From contig OZ242374.1 in the NCBI GenBank assembly GCA_965209055.1, positions 1,728,001 to 1,792,000 on the forward strand: a stretch of DNA of 64,000 nucleotides, in the 5' to 3' direction. Both the position numbers and the translations under genes were made by a program. Numbering within the stretch: the stretch's first letter is position 1; each line of letters starts with the position of its first letter. Shown here in pieces: positions 30,764 to 40,409 of the stretch. The notes beneath the pieces were generated by a model. That model made no database searches. It had not been told where the DNA came from and saw only the letters and a program-made list of their open reading frames with translations. The DNA is from Acidobacteriota bacterium. GTDB lineage: Bacteria; Acidobacteriota; UBA6911; RPQK01; JAJDTT01.

Positions 30764-33700
30764 ATGACGAAATTCACCCTGGGATGGATCGCCGTCCTGT
30801 TTTCCTTCCTGGCTCAATCCGGTTCCGCCGGCTGGGTCACGGTTCCGGTCCCGGGCACGCACGGCTTCAAGGGCTTCGGCTGGTACCGCACCTGGTTCAA
30901 ACCGCCCCAACGGTTCTTCGCCAAGCACGACCGGGACCTGTGGGGCGAATCGGTGATCTTCAACGTCCGGGGCCTGGCTGGCGCGCACGAGGTCTACGTC
31001 AACGGAAAACGCATCGGCGGCGGCGGAAGCTTTCCCCCCGGATTCGAGGACGGACGGAAGGGCAATCACCAGCACAAGGTCCCGTCCGGCAGCCTGGTGC
31101 CCGAGGCCTGGAACCAGCTCGCGGTCCGGGTCTACTCGCCCGCCGGCGAAGGCGGCTTTCTGGGCGAAGCTCCCTTCCTCATGAACTACTTTCTGGAATG
31201 CGTCTTCGAGGGTCCTTGGGAGTTCCATCCCGGCGATGCGGGCGCCGACTTCGGCGGCGTGCTCGACCGGCGGCCCGAAGGCTCGGCCTTCGACCGGTTT
31301 CGCGAGTCCAACCGGGTGCTGGCGGAGGCGGACCGGTTCGTCCCCGGCCAAAAGCTTCCGCCGCTGGAATCGTTTCGAACGATGATGGCGGCGGACGATC
31401 TCGTGGTGGACCTGATGCTGGCGGAACCGTTGGTGGCGCAGCCGACCCACTTCAGCTTCGATTCCCGCGGCCGCCTCTGGGTCTCCCAGTTCCGGCAGTA
31501 TCCGTTTCCCGCGGGACTCGAGATGATCAGCCGGGACCGCTACTACCGCTCGCACTACGACAAGGTGCCCCCGGCGCCTCCGCTCCACGACCGTGGGCGC
31601 GACGTGATCTCCATTCACGAGGACACCACCGGCGACGGCAGGTACGACCGCCACAAGGTCTTCCGGGACGGCTTGAACATGGCCAACGCGGCCCTGCGCG
31701 GCCGCGGCGGAGTGTGGGTGATGCACACCCCGTACCTGCTCTTCTATCCCGACCGGGACTTCGACGACGTCCCCGACGGGCCGCCGGAGGTCCATCTCCA
31801 GGGATTCGGCCTGGAGGACACCCACGCCATCGCCAACGGACTGGTCTGGGGAATGGACGGGTGGCTCTATGGAACCCAGGGCAGCACCACGGCCTGCCAC
31901 GTGACCCGTCCCGGCATCGACCCGCCGGACGCTCCCGCGGTCTACTACCAGGGCTGCATGGTCTGGCGCTATCACCCCGAGACCCGGCGCTTCGAACTCT
32001 TTTCCCAGGGCGGCGGCAACAACTTCGGGCTGGAGGTGGACGGCGACGGCCGGCTCTTCACCGGGCACAACGGCGGCCAGACCCGAGGCTGGCATTTCGT
32101 GCAGGGCGGCATGCACCTGATGCAGGGCACGACCCCCAACAAGTTCGGTCCGCCCCGCAATCCCTTCAGCTTCGGGGACCTGCCCAAGATGGTCAGCGAA
32201 CAGGACATCCGCCGTTTCACCCACTTCGGCGCCGTGGTGGAGGCCACGGCCATTCCCGGCAAGTACCAGGACTCGCTCTTCAGCGTGGACCCGCTTCACA
32301 ACTTCGTCGTGGCCAGCCGGCGGATTCGCAATGGCGCCACCTTCAGGACCAGCGATCTGGACAAGGTGCTGACCTCCGGCGACTTCGCCTTCCGCCCGGT
32401 GTTCATCGGCAATGCACCCGAAGGCTCGATCCTGATCGCCGACTTCTACAACCACTACATCGCCCATGGTCAGCACTACCAGAGCCAGATCGATCCCGGT
32501 ACGGGGCGGATCTTCCGGCTCCGGGGCAAGCGGGAACCGCTGGAGCGGGACCTGAACCTGCAGGCCAAGTCCACCGATCGACTGTTGGAGCTGCTGAGCC
32601 ACCCCAACCGCTGGCACCGGCACACCGCCGTCCGGTTGCTGGGGGAGCGCAAGGACCCCGGCTCGGCCGTCCGGTTGCGGCAACTGGTGGGGAGCGGCTC
32701 GGACCTCCAGTCGCTCTCCGCGCTCTGGGCCCTGTACCAGGCCTTCGGCTTGGATCAGGCGACGGCCCTGGCCGCACTGCGGCACGGACACCCCATGGTC
32801 CGCTACTGGGCCGTCCGCCTGATCTGCGACGACGTGGGCTTCGCCAATCGGCGCACCACCGTGGGTCTCGCCGACAGCCTGGGGGAATTGAAGGATGGAC
32901 CCACCCGGGTTCCCCGCCGTCTCTTCCAGGCCATCCTGGAGGGCGCAGCCGGCGAGAGGGACGCCGAGGTGCGGTCCCAGATGGCCGCATCGGCCCGGCG
33001 GCTGCCCGTGGATCAGGCCCTTCCCCTCGTGACGGCCCTGCTGCGGCACGGCGAGGACGTCGACGACCCGTACCTGCCGCTGCTCGCGTGGTGGGTCCTG
33101 GAAACCAATCTGGATCCCCAGCGGGAAGCCGTCCTGGAGCTGTTCGAAAGTTCGGAGTTCCGCCGCCAGCCGATGGTGAGACGGCACATTCTGGAACGGG
33201 TGATGCGGGCCCTGGCCCTGAAGGGGAAGAGCGGCGACCTGGAAGACTGCGCGCGGCTGCTGGAACTGGCGGCAGATGGAGAGGAAGAAGACTCGTTGCT
33301 CAAAGGGTTCGAGCTGGCCTACGCCGGCCGGCGGATCGGCGGCTTGCCGGATCGCCTGGTCCGCGGTCTGGTGGCAAGCGGACGCTCCTCCCTGGAGCTG
33401 CGGGTTCGATTGGGGACCGCCGATGCGTCCCGGGCCGCAGTCGAGCTGCTCCTGAATCCTGAAGCCCCCCTCGAGGAACGGACGGCGGTGGCCCGGACGC
33501 TGGGCGAGGTGAGGTCCGAAGCCAGTGTCGAGCCGCTGATCCGGGTCGCGACCGCACCCGAGCCGCCGCTCCAGCGGGCGGCGCTGGCGGCCCTCTCGTC
33601 CTTCAACGATCCTGAGATCGGCAACCAGGCGCTGGCGCGGTTCTCGAGATACCCGGAGGAAGCCAGACCGGCCTTCTTCGACCTGATGCTGAGCCGGCCG

Positions 33701-34327
33701 GTCTGGACGCGGCAGTTGATCCAGGCCGTCTCCAGGGGCGGGTTGGCGCCGGAGCTGGTGCCGGACGGCGTCGCCGAGCGGCTGAGAGGGGATCGGGACC
33801 GGGAGATCGCCGGCCTGGCCCGGGAACACCTGGGCGGCGGGGAGGACCGGGGCCGGGAGTACTTCCGGCGACGGATCGCCGGACTCCGATCGATTCTGGC
33901 GGACGGGACCGGGAATCCGTACGCCGGCGAGGCCGCCTACGCGCGGCGGTGCGGCTCCTGCCACAAGCTGTTTCACAAGGGGGGCGACAGTGGACCCGAT
34001 TTGACCGCTTACCAGCGGGGCGACCTGGGGGCGCTGCTCATCGGCATCGTCGATCCCGACGCGGAGATTCGCGAGGGCTTCGAGTACGTGACGCTGGTCA
34101 CCCGGGAAGGACGAACCTTGAGCGGCTTCCTGACCGACCAGGACACGCAGGTCGTCGTCTTGCGGGGAATGTCGGGAGAGGACATTCGAGTCGAGCGCCG
34201 GCAGGTCGAGTCCATCGAACCCATGGGACGCAGCTTCATGCCCGCCCGGCTGCTGGAAGGACTGAGCGACCAGGAACTCCGGGATTTCTTCGCCTACCTG
34301 AGAATCTCTCAGCCCATCAGCCGGTAG
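30764..34327 (+). CDS. PVC-type membrane-bound dehydrogenase with HEAT repeats and a C-terminal CxxCH heme domain
   Basis: N-terminal sugar-binding-like region, AEPLVAQP/FDSRGRLWV propeller, WGMDGWLYG, CGSCHK, GPDLT, IVDPDAEIREGF, SFMP. Confidence 0.88.
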   Translation: MTKFTLGWIAVLFSFLAQSGSAGWVTVPVPGTHGFKGFGWYRTWFKPPQRFFAKHDRDLWGESVIFNVRGLAGAHEVYVNGKRIGGGGSFPPGFEDGRKGNHQHKVPSGSLVPEAWNQLAVRVYSPAGEGGFLGEAPFLMNYFLECVFEGPWEFHPGDAGADFGGVLDRRPEGSAFDRFRESNRVLAEADRFVPGQKLPPLESFRTMMAADDLVVDLMLAEPLVAQPTHFSFDSRGRLWVSQFRQYPFPAGLEMISRDRYYRSHYDKVPPAPPLHDRGRDVISIHEDTTGDGRYDRHKVFRDGLNMANAALRGRGGVWVMHTPYLLFYPDRDFDDVPDGPPEVHLQGFGLEDTHAIANGLVWGMDGWLYGTQGSTTACHVTRPGIDPPDAPAVYYQGCMVWRYHPETRRFELFSQGGGNNFGLEVDGDGRLFTGHNGGQTRGWHFVQGGMHLMQGTTPNKFGPPRNPFSFGDLPKMVSEQDIRRFTHFGAVVEATAIPGKYQDSLFSVDPLHNFVVASRRIRNGATFRTSDLDKVLTSGDFAFRPVFIGNAPEGSILIADFYNHYIAHGQHYQSQIDPGTGRIFRLRGKREPLERDLNLQAKSTDRLLELLSHPNRWHRHTAVRLLGERKDPGSAVRLRQLVGSGSDLQSLSALWALYQAFGLDQATALAALRHGHPMVRYWAVRLICDDVGFANRRTTVGLADSLGELKDGPTRVPRRLFQAILEGAAGERDAEVRSQMAASARRLPVDQALPLVTALLRHGEDVDDPYLPLLAWWVLETNLDPQREAVLELFESSEFRRQPMVRRHILERVMRALALKGKSGDLEDCARLLELAADGEEEDSLLKGFELAYAGRRIGGLPDRLVRGLVASGRSSLELRVRLGTADASRAAVELLLNPEAPLEERTAVARTLGEVRSEASVEPLIRVATAPEPPLQRAALAALSSFNDPEIGNQALARFSRYPEEARPAFFDLMLSRPVWTRQLIQAVSRGGLAPELVPDGVAERLRGDRDREIAGLAREHLGGGEDRGREYFRRRIAGLRSILADGTGNPYAGEAAYARRCGSCHKLFHKGGDSGPDLTAYQRGDLGALLIGIVDPDAEIREGFEYVTLVTREGRTLSGFLTDQDTQVVVLRGMSGEDIRVERRQVESIEPMGRSFMPARLLEGLSDQELRDFFAYLRISQPISR

Positions 34328-35010
34328 GCGCAGGCGGCGGCAAAACGGGGTTCGCCCAGATCCTCCAGCCAGAACGGTTCCGACGGCAGGTGCGGGAAGC
34401 GAAACACCGCCGACCGCTCGCCCTCGATCATCGTGCGCGGCACCTCGAAACGGGATGGACTCAGCGAGAATCCGGTTCCCAGGGCCTTGATCAGCGCCTC
34501 CTTCAGGCTCTAGAGCCGGTAGAAAAGATCCGCCTTCCCGCGCCCGGCGGCCGCGGACAGCGCGAGTCGTTCCCGCGGACCGTAGACCCTGCCCCCGATC
34601 CCGTCGAAATCCCTGCCGGGTGTGCGCACCTCCAGATCCACCCCGAGTCCTTCCCGATTCGCGAACCCGATCAATCCGTGCCGTCCGCTGTGGCTCACAT
34701 TGAAGTTGGACTCCGACGCCACCCCGTTCACCTTCGCGAACGGCTTGCCGTGCTCGAGATAGCCGAAGGACAGTTCCCGGTTGGAACACCCCAGCCGATG
34801 GCAGAGGTTGATCCGGAGCGCCGCCCGGCAGAGCGCGTACTGGCGCCGGGCGCCCTTGACCACGAACCGGTTCCACCGCGCCTGCTCGCCTTCGTCGAGT
34901 ACCGCGAAGGCCCGTGCTTCGCGATCGGGATCGGGCTGGAGGTCGACGTGAAGGATGACGGACCCTTGGTCCTCGCGCCACGGAGTCCACCAGGCGCCGG
35001 AGGCGGTCAT
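34309..35010 (-). pseudogene. Sfp-type 4'-phosphopantetheinyl transferase interrupted by an in-frame TAG
   Basis: HGKP, FNVSHS, GVDLE, then FYRL-TAG(34510-34512)-SLKEALIKALGTG; the frame continues to TGA at 34309. Confidence 0.85.
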
Positions 35011-35876
35011 GGGACGGCCGCTTTCCGGGGAGCCAGGGTCACCTCCCGCAGGTACGCGCCGATTCCCCGGCGCCGGTTCCACTGCCGCGGATACCCCAGG
35101 GACACCTCCCGGAATGGCACGCCGTCAAGCCACTGTGTGCCCCGGATGTGGAGATGGCCGTACACCACGGCGCAGGCGTTGAAGCGGCGGTGCCAACCCC
35201 GGGTCCGGCGGGTTCCGCACCAGGGAGTGAATCGGGGCACCCGCGGCAGCACGGCGTGCTCTTCTTCAAGCGGAAAGTGATTGATCAGGACCTTGCGAAG
35301 ATTCGCAGGATACGCCGCGAGCCGGGAGGCGGCGTCCTCGCAGCGGGCGGCGCACCACGACTCTCGATCCGGATACGGGTCCGGACGCAGCATCATTTCG
35401 TCGGCGCAGGCGGAGCCGGTTTCCCGGGCCCACCGAACCACCTGGTCGCGGCGGACGTGCGGGGGCCGAAAGCTGTAGTCGTAGAGCAGGAACAGCGGCA
35501 CGATGAGAACCGGACCCTCCCGAAGTTCAACCACCGGGTAAGGATCTTCCGGGGTGAGAACTCCGTGGCGGCGGGCAATCCGGACCATCCGGTCGTAGAG
35601 CGCGACGCCGCCAAGCCGGGGAAGCGCGTTGGGAAGGGTCCAGAGCTCGTGATTTCCGGGAACCCAGACGATCTGGCGGAACTTGGGAGTCAGCCGCCGA
35701 AAGCACCAGTCGAGCCGCCGCGCGCCGTGGGTCACGTCCCCCGCCAGGATCAGCCAGTCGCCGGGAAAGGCCGGAAGACTTTCCAGCGCTCGCCGGTTTT
35801 CCGGATGGGAAAGGTGCAGGTCGGACAGCGCCCACAAACGCAAGGGACGGCCGTTCGGGACATTCGAGGTTGGCAT
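35007..35876 (-). CDS. Metallophosphoesterase, PptH-like (phosphopantetheinyl hydrolase)
   Basis: SDLH, LAGDV, VPGNHELW, YDYSFRP, NHFPL, WCGT, VYGHLH, EVSLGYPRQW; ATGA overlap with the PPTase gene. Confidence 0.8.
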   Translation of the reverse strand: MPTSNVPNGRPLRLWALSDLHLSHPENRRALESLPAFPGDWLILAGDVTHGARRLDWCFRRLTPKFRQIVWVPGNHELWTLPNALPRLGGVALYDRMVRIARRHGVLTPEDPYPVVELREGPVLIVPLFLLYDYSFRPPHVRRDQVVRWARETGSACADEMMLRPDPYPDRESWCAARCEDAASRLAAYPANLRKVLINHFPLEEEHAVLPRVPRFTPWCGTRRTRGWHRRFNACAVVYGHLHIRGTQWLDGVPFREVSLGYPRQWNRRRGIGAYLREVTLAPRKAAVP

Positions 35877-35900
35877 CGGGGCGGACCTCGGGGGGGAGAT

Positions 35901-35951
35901 CGGCGGTTGGGAGATCGGCGCTCCTGTTCGGCGGTTGGAAACCGCCGCCCC
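35901..35951. repeat. REP-like palindrome related to the 2943-2965 copy
   Basis: CGGCGGTTGGAAACCGCCGCCCC (35929-35951) versus CGGCGGTAGGAAAACCGCCGCTCC; a degenerate copy at 35901. Confidence 0.55.
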
Positions 35952-35954
35952 CCC

Positions 35955-37280
35955 CTAGATTTTCTCCGGAATCACCCACGGCTTCCGGTAGGTGCGCTTG
36001 AGATAGACGTCGGCCTCCGGAAAACCGGTGAAGGTCTCGGTCTTGGGGTCCAGGACCAGGCGCCGGTTGCCCACCCGGAAGGAGATGTTGGCCAGGTGGC
36101 AGAGCAGGGCGGACTGATGGCCCGTCTCGGCGTCGGCAACGGGCTTGCGCCGGGTCCGGATGCAGTCCACGAAATCGTCCTGGTGTTCCCGGTTCCCCTG
36201 GCGCCCGTATTCGGACCGCACCAGCTCCCCGTCGGCGTCGTAAGCCTGCCAGCCGCCGCCGTGACGGCCGAAATACAGGTACCCGTCCGTGCCCAGGATC
36301 TCCACCTTGGTGCTGCTGAAGGGCCAGTCGGGGAAGCGGTCGGTGTTGCGGACGATCCCGGGCGTCTTTTTCATGTAGGGCGTCCAGAGGGTCGACTGCA
36401 TGGTCAAGGTGAGCCCATCGTATTCGTACAGGGCCATCTGGGTATCGGGGGTGTCGCGCCCGTCCTTCAAGGAGTAGATGGCTCCCTGGTGGGAGGCCGC
36501 CATGGGAGCGGGTGGATCGCCGATCAGATAGCGGGCCAGATCCAGTTGGTGAACCAGGTCGCCGGCGATGGGGCCGCAACTGTACTCCCAGTGGTTCAAC
36601 CAGTACAGGCCCGGATTGTACGGCCGCTTGGCCGCGGGACCGCACCAGAGGTCCCAATCCAGGCCGTCGGGCACCGGGCCGTCGGGCACCGGTTCCCGTT
36701 TGGGATGCTGCATCATGTTGTAGACCCGGACCAGGTGCACGTCTCCCAGGTTGCCGGCGCGGATGTATTCCCGGGCCCGGCGGACGTAGGGGGCGCTGCG
36801 CGACTGCATTCCGACCTGGACGACGCGGCCGTACTTGCTCTCCGCCTCCACCATTTTCCGGCCCTCCCAGATGGAGTGGACCATGGGCTTCTCCACGAAG
36901 ACGTCCTTTCCCGCCTGGCAGGCCAGGATGCTCCCCAGGGCGTGCCAGTGGTCCGGCGTGGCGTTGACCAGGGCGTCCACGCTGCCGTCGTCCAGGATCC
37001 TCCGGAAGTCCTGCACCAACTTGGGGCGGGAGCGTTGGGCCGCTTCCACCGCCTTGCGGGCCCGGCCGAATCGCCGGGTGTCGACGTCGCAAAGGTAGGC
37101 GACCTCCACGTCCGGGCGCTGGGCGAAGTTCTCGGCCAGCCGGGTCCCGCGCCCGCCCAAGCCCATGATTCCCACCACGACACGTTCGTTGGCCCCGCGG
37201 ACCGGGCCCCTGGACGCCATGGCCAGGGAGGCGGCTCCCAGTGAGCCGGCCATGAATTTTCTACGGTCTAGCGATCGCAT
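35955..37280 (-). CDS. Tat-exported Gfo/Idh/MocA oxidoreductase
   Basis: DRRKFM Tat motif, GLGGRG, ATPDHWH, KDVFVEKP, LDWDLWCGPA, VHQLD. Confidence 0.9.
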   Translation of the reverse strand: MRSLDRRKFMAGSLGAASLAMASRGPVRGANERVVVGIMGLGGRGTRLAENFAQRPDVEVAYLCDVDTRRFGRARKAVEAAQRSRPKLVQDFRRILDDGSVDALVNATPDHWHALGSILACQAGKDVFVEKPMVHSIWEGRKMVEAESKYGRVVQVGMQSRSAPYVRRAREYIRAGNLGDVHLVRVYNMMQHPKREPVPDGPVPDGLDWDLWCGPAAKRPYNPGLYWLNHWEYSCGPIAGDLVHQLDLARYLIGDPPAPMAASHQGAIYSLKDGRDTPDTQMALYEYDGLTLTMQSTLWTPYMKKTPGIVRNTDRFPDWPFSSTKVEILGTDGYLYFGRHGGGWQAYDADGELVRSEYGRQGNREHQDDFVDCIRTRRKPVADAETGHQSALLCHLANISFRVGNRRLVLDPKTETFTGFPEADVYLKRTYRKPWVIPEKI

Positions 37281-37351
37281 CGGACACCTCCAATCATTGC
37301 AATGAGCTTGCCGTTCCCCACGGCCGGCATCGCTTCCTCCTCACGAATCTG

Positions 37352-40300
37352 TCACATCGGACCCGGCGTGCTCAACCGCTGGAGGTATTCCAGCAGGTCG
37401 GCCATGGCGGCGGGATCGATTTCATCCTCCAGTCCCTCGGGCATGGTGGAGACGCCGGAAACCCGCAGCGCCGCGATATTGCTCCGGAGCAGCGTCTCCT
37501 CCTCACCTTCCTCGCGCCGCAGCGTGATGGAGGTGGGACTCTCCCGGGCGACGACCCCGGTCACCGTGGCGCCGCTTCGAGTCTCGATGACATAGGTTTC
37601 GTAGCCCGGCGCAATATTGAGGTTGGGATCCAGGATCTTGGCCAGGAAGAACTTCTTGGGCCGCCGGACCGCGTCCATGAGATCGGGACCGACTTGGCTT
37701 CCCATGCCGTCCAGAACGTGGCACCGGCTGCAGGTCTCGCGGAAGATCTCTTTCCCCCTGGCAACCTGCCCTCCGGCCGAAAGGGCGGACCGGTACCGTT
37801 CGATCAGGTCCTCGCGGCCCTGGGACAGATCGCCGAACAACCCCTCGGCCCGCCGGCGAACCTCCTCATCCGGCGATTCCAGGAGCTGATTGATCCGCGT
37901 CCGGCCCAGGGTCCAGGCCTCGACTTCCATTTCCCGGATGCCGTCCAGGAGTGCGTTCACGAGTTCCTTGCGGGCCAGGAGGCCGTCCCAGGCCGCCCTG
38001 CGGACCGGCTCGGTGAAGCTTCCCCAATTGAGGAGCAGGAACGGCACGACCTCCGTGCTCCCCGCCCTGAGGAGGGAACGGGCGGCCGTGACCTGGACCT
38101 GGGGAGCCTCCCGCGGCGTCATCAGCTCCTCCAGCGCGCGAGTCGCCGCTCCGGCCGGGTCCAGTCCCAGGATCCGGACCGCGATCACCCGGGCCGCCTC
38201 GTCCGTCCGGCCCCTCGCGTTGTCCAGAGCCTTCTCGACGAGCCGGCGCAACCGGGGAGAATCCGAAAGCATGACGCGGTCTGCGAGATCCAGGGCGGCC
38301 GCCGCCACCGCCGGCGACGGCGAGCGCATCAGCCGGAACAGAAGGCGCTCGCCGCTTCGATTCAGGCGGACCCGGGCTTCGGCGCCCTGGCTCAGACCCC
38401 GGCCCAATCCGGACAGCAGGGCACGCTTCCACCATTCGCCTCCGGCATTCGCACCGCCCGCCGCCAGGCGGAGCACTTCCGAAATCCCGGATCCGACCTG
38501 GCGAGCGCCCAGGATCGCGGCGATCCTCTCCAGGAATGCCTCCTTCCCCTGGGTTTCCGACGCCAGAAAGGCGCCGTTTCCGGTGACGGTCCGGAGCCAG
38601 CGGCCGGCGTTTTCCGACGCCGAAGTCAGGACGGCGATCTGTAGCCAGCGGTCTTCCGGGCGCCGCTTCAGGAGCCGGCTCAGAGGACCGAAGGACTGCG
38701 ATTCGGGCAGCAGGCCCAGGGTGCAGGCAAGCTGAAACTGGACGCGATGGTCGGGATCCGTGACCAGGGCCAACAGCCTCTTCGCCAGGCGCGGCGAAGC
38801 GAACTGCTCGGAGAGCCGGATCGCATGTTCCCGAACCCTCGCGTCCGGGTCGCCGAGCGCCTCCGAGATCAGATCCGAATCGAGACCTCCCAACCCGTCC
38901 AGCGTCCGGAGCGCATGAATTCGGGATTCCGGCCGGCCGGCGGAAACCGCCAGCTCCCGAAGGGCGGGAACGGCCGCCCGCTCCTGCCGCTCGACCAGAA
39001 GACGCTGGGCCGTGATGCGCCACCACATGTTGGCATGGGACAGCGCCTCCACCAGGCGGCCGGTGCCGGCGTCCTGAAGGCCGGGCGTCCCGTCCGCGCC
39101 GCCGTCCTTGTGGACCACTCTGTAGATGCGCCCCAGACGCGCGCCGGCCCGCAGGTCGAATTCCCCTTCCAGATCTTCCGGGACGTAGTCCGGATGCTCG
39201 ACGTACTTCCGGTAGTAGTCGACCACGTAGAGCGCTCCGTCGGGACCGACGGTGGTGAACACCGGCTTGAACCAGGCATCGGTGGAGGCCAGGAACTCCC
39301 GTTCCTCGAAGGCCCGGCGGGCGGAGAAGGTCGCCCCCGAAGGTGAGAGCAGGTCGCAGTGCACCAGGTTGTGCAACGGGTCGCAGACGAAATACGCGCC
39401 CCTGAACCTCTCGGGAAACCGGGCGGCGGTGTAGACGGAGTTCCCGCAACTGGAGGTGAATACGCCCACCTGGGATTCGTGGATGTAGATGGGGGTTCGC
39501 GTAATGGGATAGACGATGGACTGGTTTTCGTGATCGGAGGGGAACTCCATGGAGGAGGAGACCTGCAGGTAGGGATTCCGCGACAGGTAGCGGTGTGCGA
39601 TGACGGGATGGCGGATGTGATTGTTGTTCCACAGGCCGAAGCGGTTGCCGGCGGCGTCGAAGGCGTTGCCGTATTGGGAGTTCCCGGCCACCGGCTCCAG
39701 TTGCAACCGGTCCGGCCGGAAGCGGAAGTCGGTGCCCAGAGCCGAGATGTCGACGGGCGCGGCTTCCGGATGGCCGGGAAAGCGCAAGGGGCCTCCCGTC
39801 AGTCCGAACTGTTCGGGGTTGCGCCGGGAGGGACCCACCTTGGGGTAGGCTCCGTAGATCCAGTTGTCGATGCCGTACAGGAGTCCGTTGACTCGAAGCT
39901 GGGGATTGTAGCGGTTGAATCCGGTGAGGATCACTTGCCTGTCGTCGGCCCGCAGGTCGCCGTCCCGGTCGGGAAGATAGAGGATGTCCGGAGCGGCGGC
40001 CACCAGCACCCCCTCCTTCCACGGCATCAGTCCGGTGGGAAAGGCCAGCTTTTCGGCAAAGACGTGGCTGCGGTCGAACTTTCCACCGCCGGAATCCTCC
40101 AGGACCACGACCCGGCCCTGGGGTTCCGATTGCATGGGATAGTCGCCCATCTCCAGGACGAAGAGGCGTCCGCGGCCGTCGAAGGCGGCGGCCACCGGAT
40201 CCGCGACCAGGGGCTCGGCCGCCACCAGCTCGATCTCGAACCCCGGCGGCAATCGGAAGGTTTCCAGCGCCTGCCGCGCCGGAAACGGCGGCGTTTCGCG

Positions 40301-40393
40301 GCTCCCGCAGCTCCCGAGGAGAACGGAAACCGAGGCGCTCAGGAGCGCTCGCCCGACGATTCCGGGAGCCCTGGAGTTGAGGAATCGGATCAT
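37352..40393 (-). CDS. PVC-type membrane-bound dehydrogenase with CxxCH heme domain (lipoprotein)
   Basis: LLGSC lipobox, AAEPLVADP, GIDNWIYG, GPDGALYVVD, WWRITAQRLL, CSRCH, GPDL, STMPEGLE. Confidence 0.88.
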   Translation of the reverse strand: MIRFLNSRAPGIVGRALLSASVSVLLGSCGSRETPPFPARQALETFRLPPGFEIELVAAEPLVADPVAAAFDGRGRLFVLEMGDYPMQSEPQGRVVVLEDSGGGKFDRSHVFAEKLAFPTGLMPWKEGVLVAAAPDILYLPDRDGDLRADDRQVILTGFNRYNPQLRVNGLLYGIDNWIYGAYPKVGPSRRNPEQFGLTGGPLRFPGHPEAAPVDISALGTDFRFRPDRLQLEPVAGNSQYGNAFDAAGNRFGLWNNNHIRHPVIAHRYLSRNPYLQVSSSMEFPSDHENQSIVYPITRTPIYIHESQVGVFTSSCGNSVYTAARFPERFRGAYFVCDPLHNLVHCDLLSPSGATFSARRAFEEREFLASTDAWFKPVFTTVGPDGALYVVDYYRKYVEHPDYVPEDLEGEFDLRAGARLGRIYRVVHKDGGADGTPGLQDAGTGRLVEALSHANMWWRITAQRLLVERQERAAVPALRELAVSAGRPESRIHALRTLDGLGGLDSDLISEALGDPDARVREHAIRLSEQFASPRLAKRLLALVTDPDHRVQFQLACTLGLLPESQSFGPLSRLLKRRPEDRWLQIAVLTSASENAGRWLRTVTGNGAFLASETQGKEAFLERIAAILGARQVGSGISEVLRLAAGGANAGGEWWKRALLSGLGRGLSQGAEARVRLNRSGERLLFRLMRSPSPAVAAAALDLADRVMLSDSPRLRRLVEKALDNARGRTDEAARVIAVRILGLDPAGAATRALEELMTPREAPQVQVTAARSLLRAGSTEVVPFLLLNWGSFTEPVRRAAWDGLLARKELVNALLDGIREMEVEAWTLGRTRINQLLESPDEEVRRRAEGLFGDLSQGREDLIERYRSALSAGGQVARGKEIFRETCSRCHVLDGMGSQVGPDLMDAVRRPKKFFLAKILDPNLNIAPGYETYVIETRSGATVTGVVARESPTSITLRREEGEEETLLRSNIAALRVSGVSTMPEGLEDEIDPAAMADLLEYLQRLSTPGPM

Positions 40394-40409
40394 GTCGTGA
40401 ATAACCGCT

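Noticed and set aside
34510-34512. TAG recoding (pyrrolysine or an alternative genetic code)
   Set aside because: TAG ends several intact genes here (SDR, rho, clpX), no pyl genes are seen, and the position is a conserved Trp one base change away.
30638-34990. 1450-aa minus-strand ORF and other long antisense ORFs (e.g. 35148-37244, 37866-40022, 15865-17490)
   Set aside because: These are shadow ORFs of high-GC genes with no recognisable motifs; they overlap well-supported genes.
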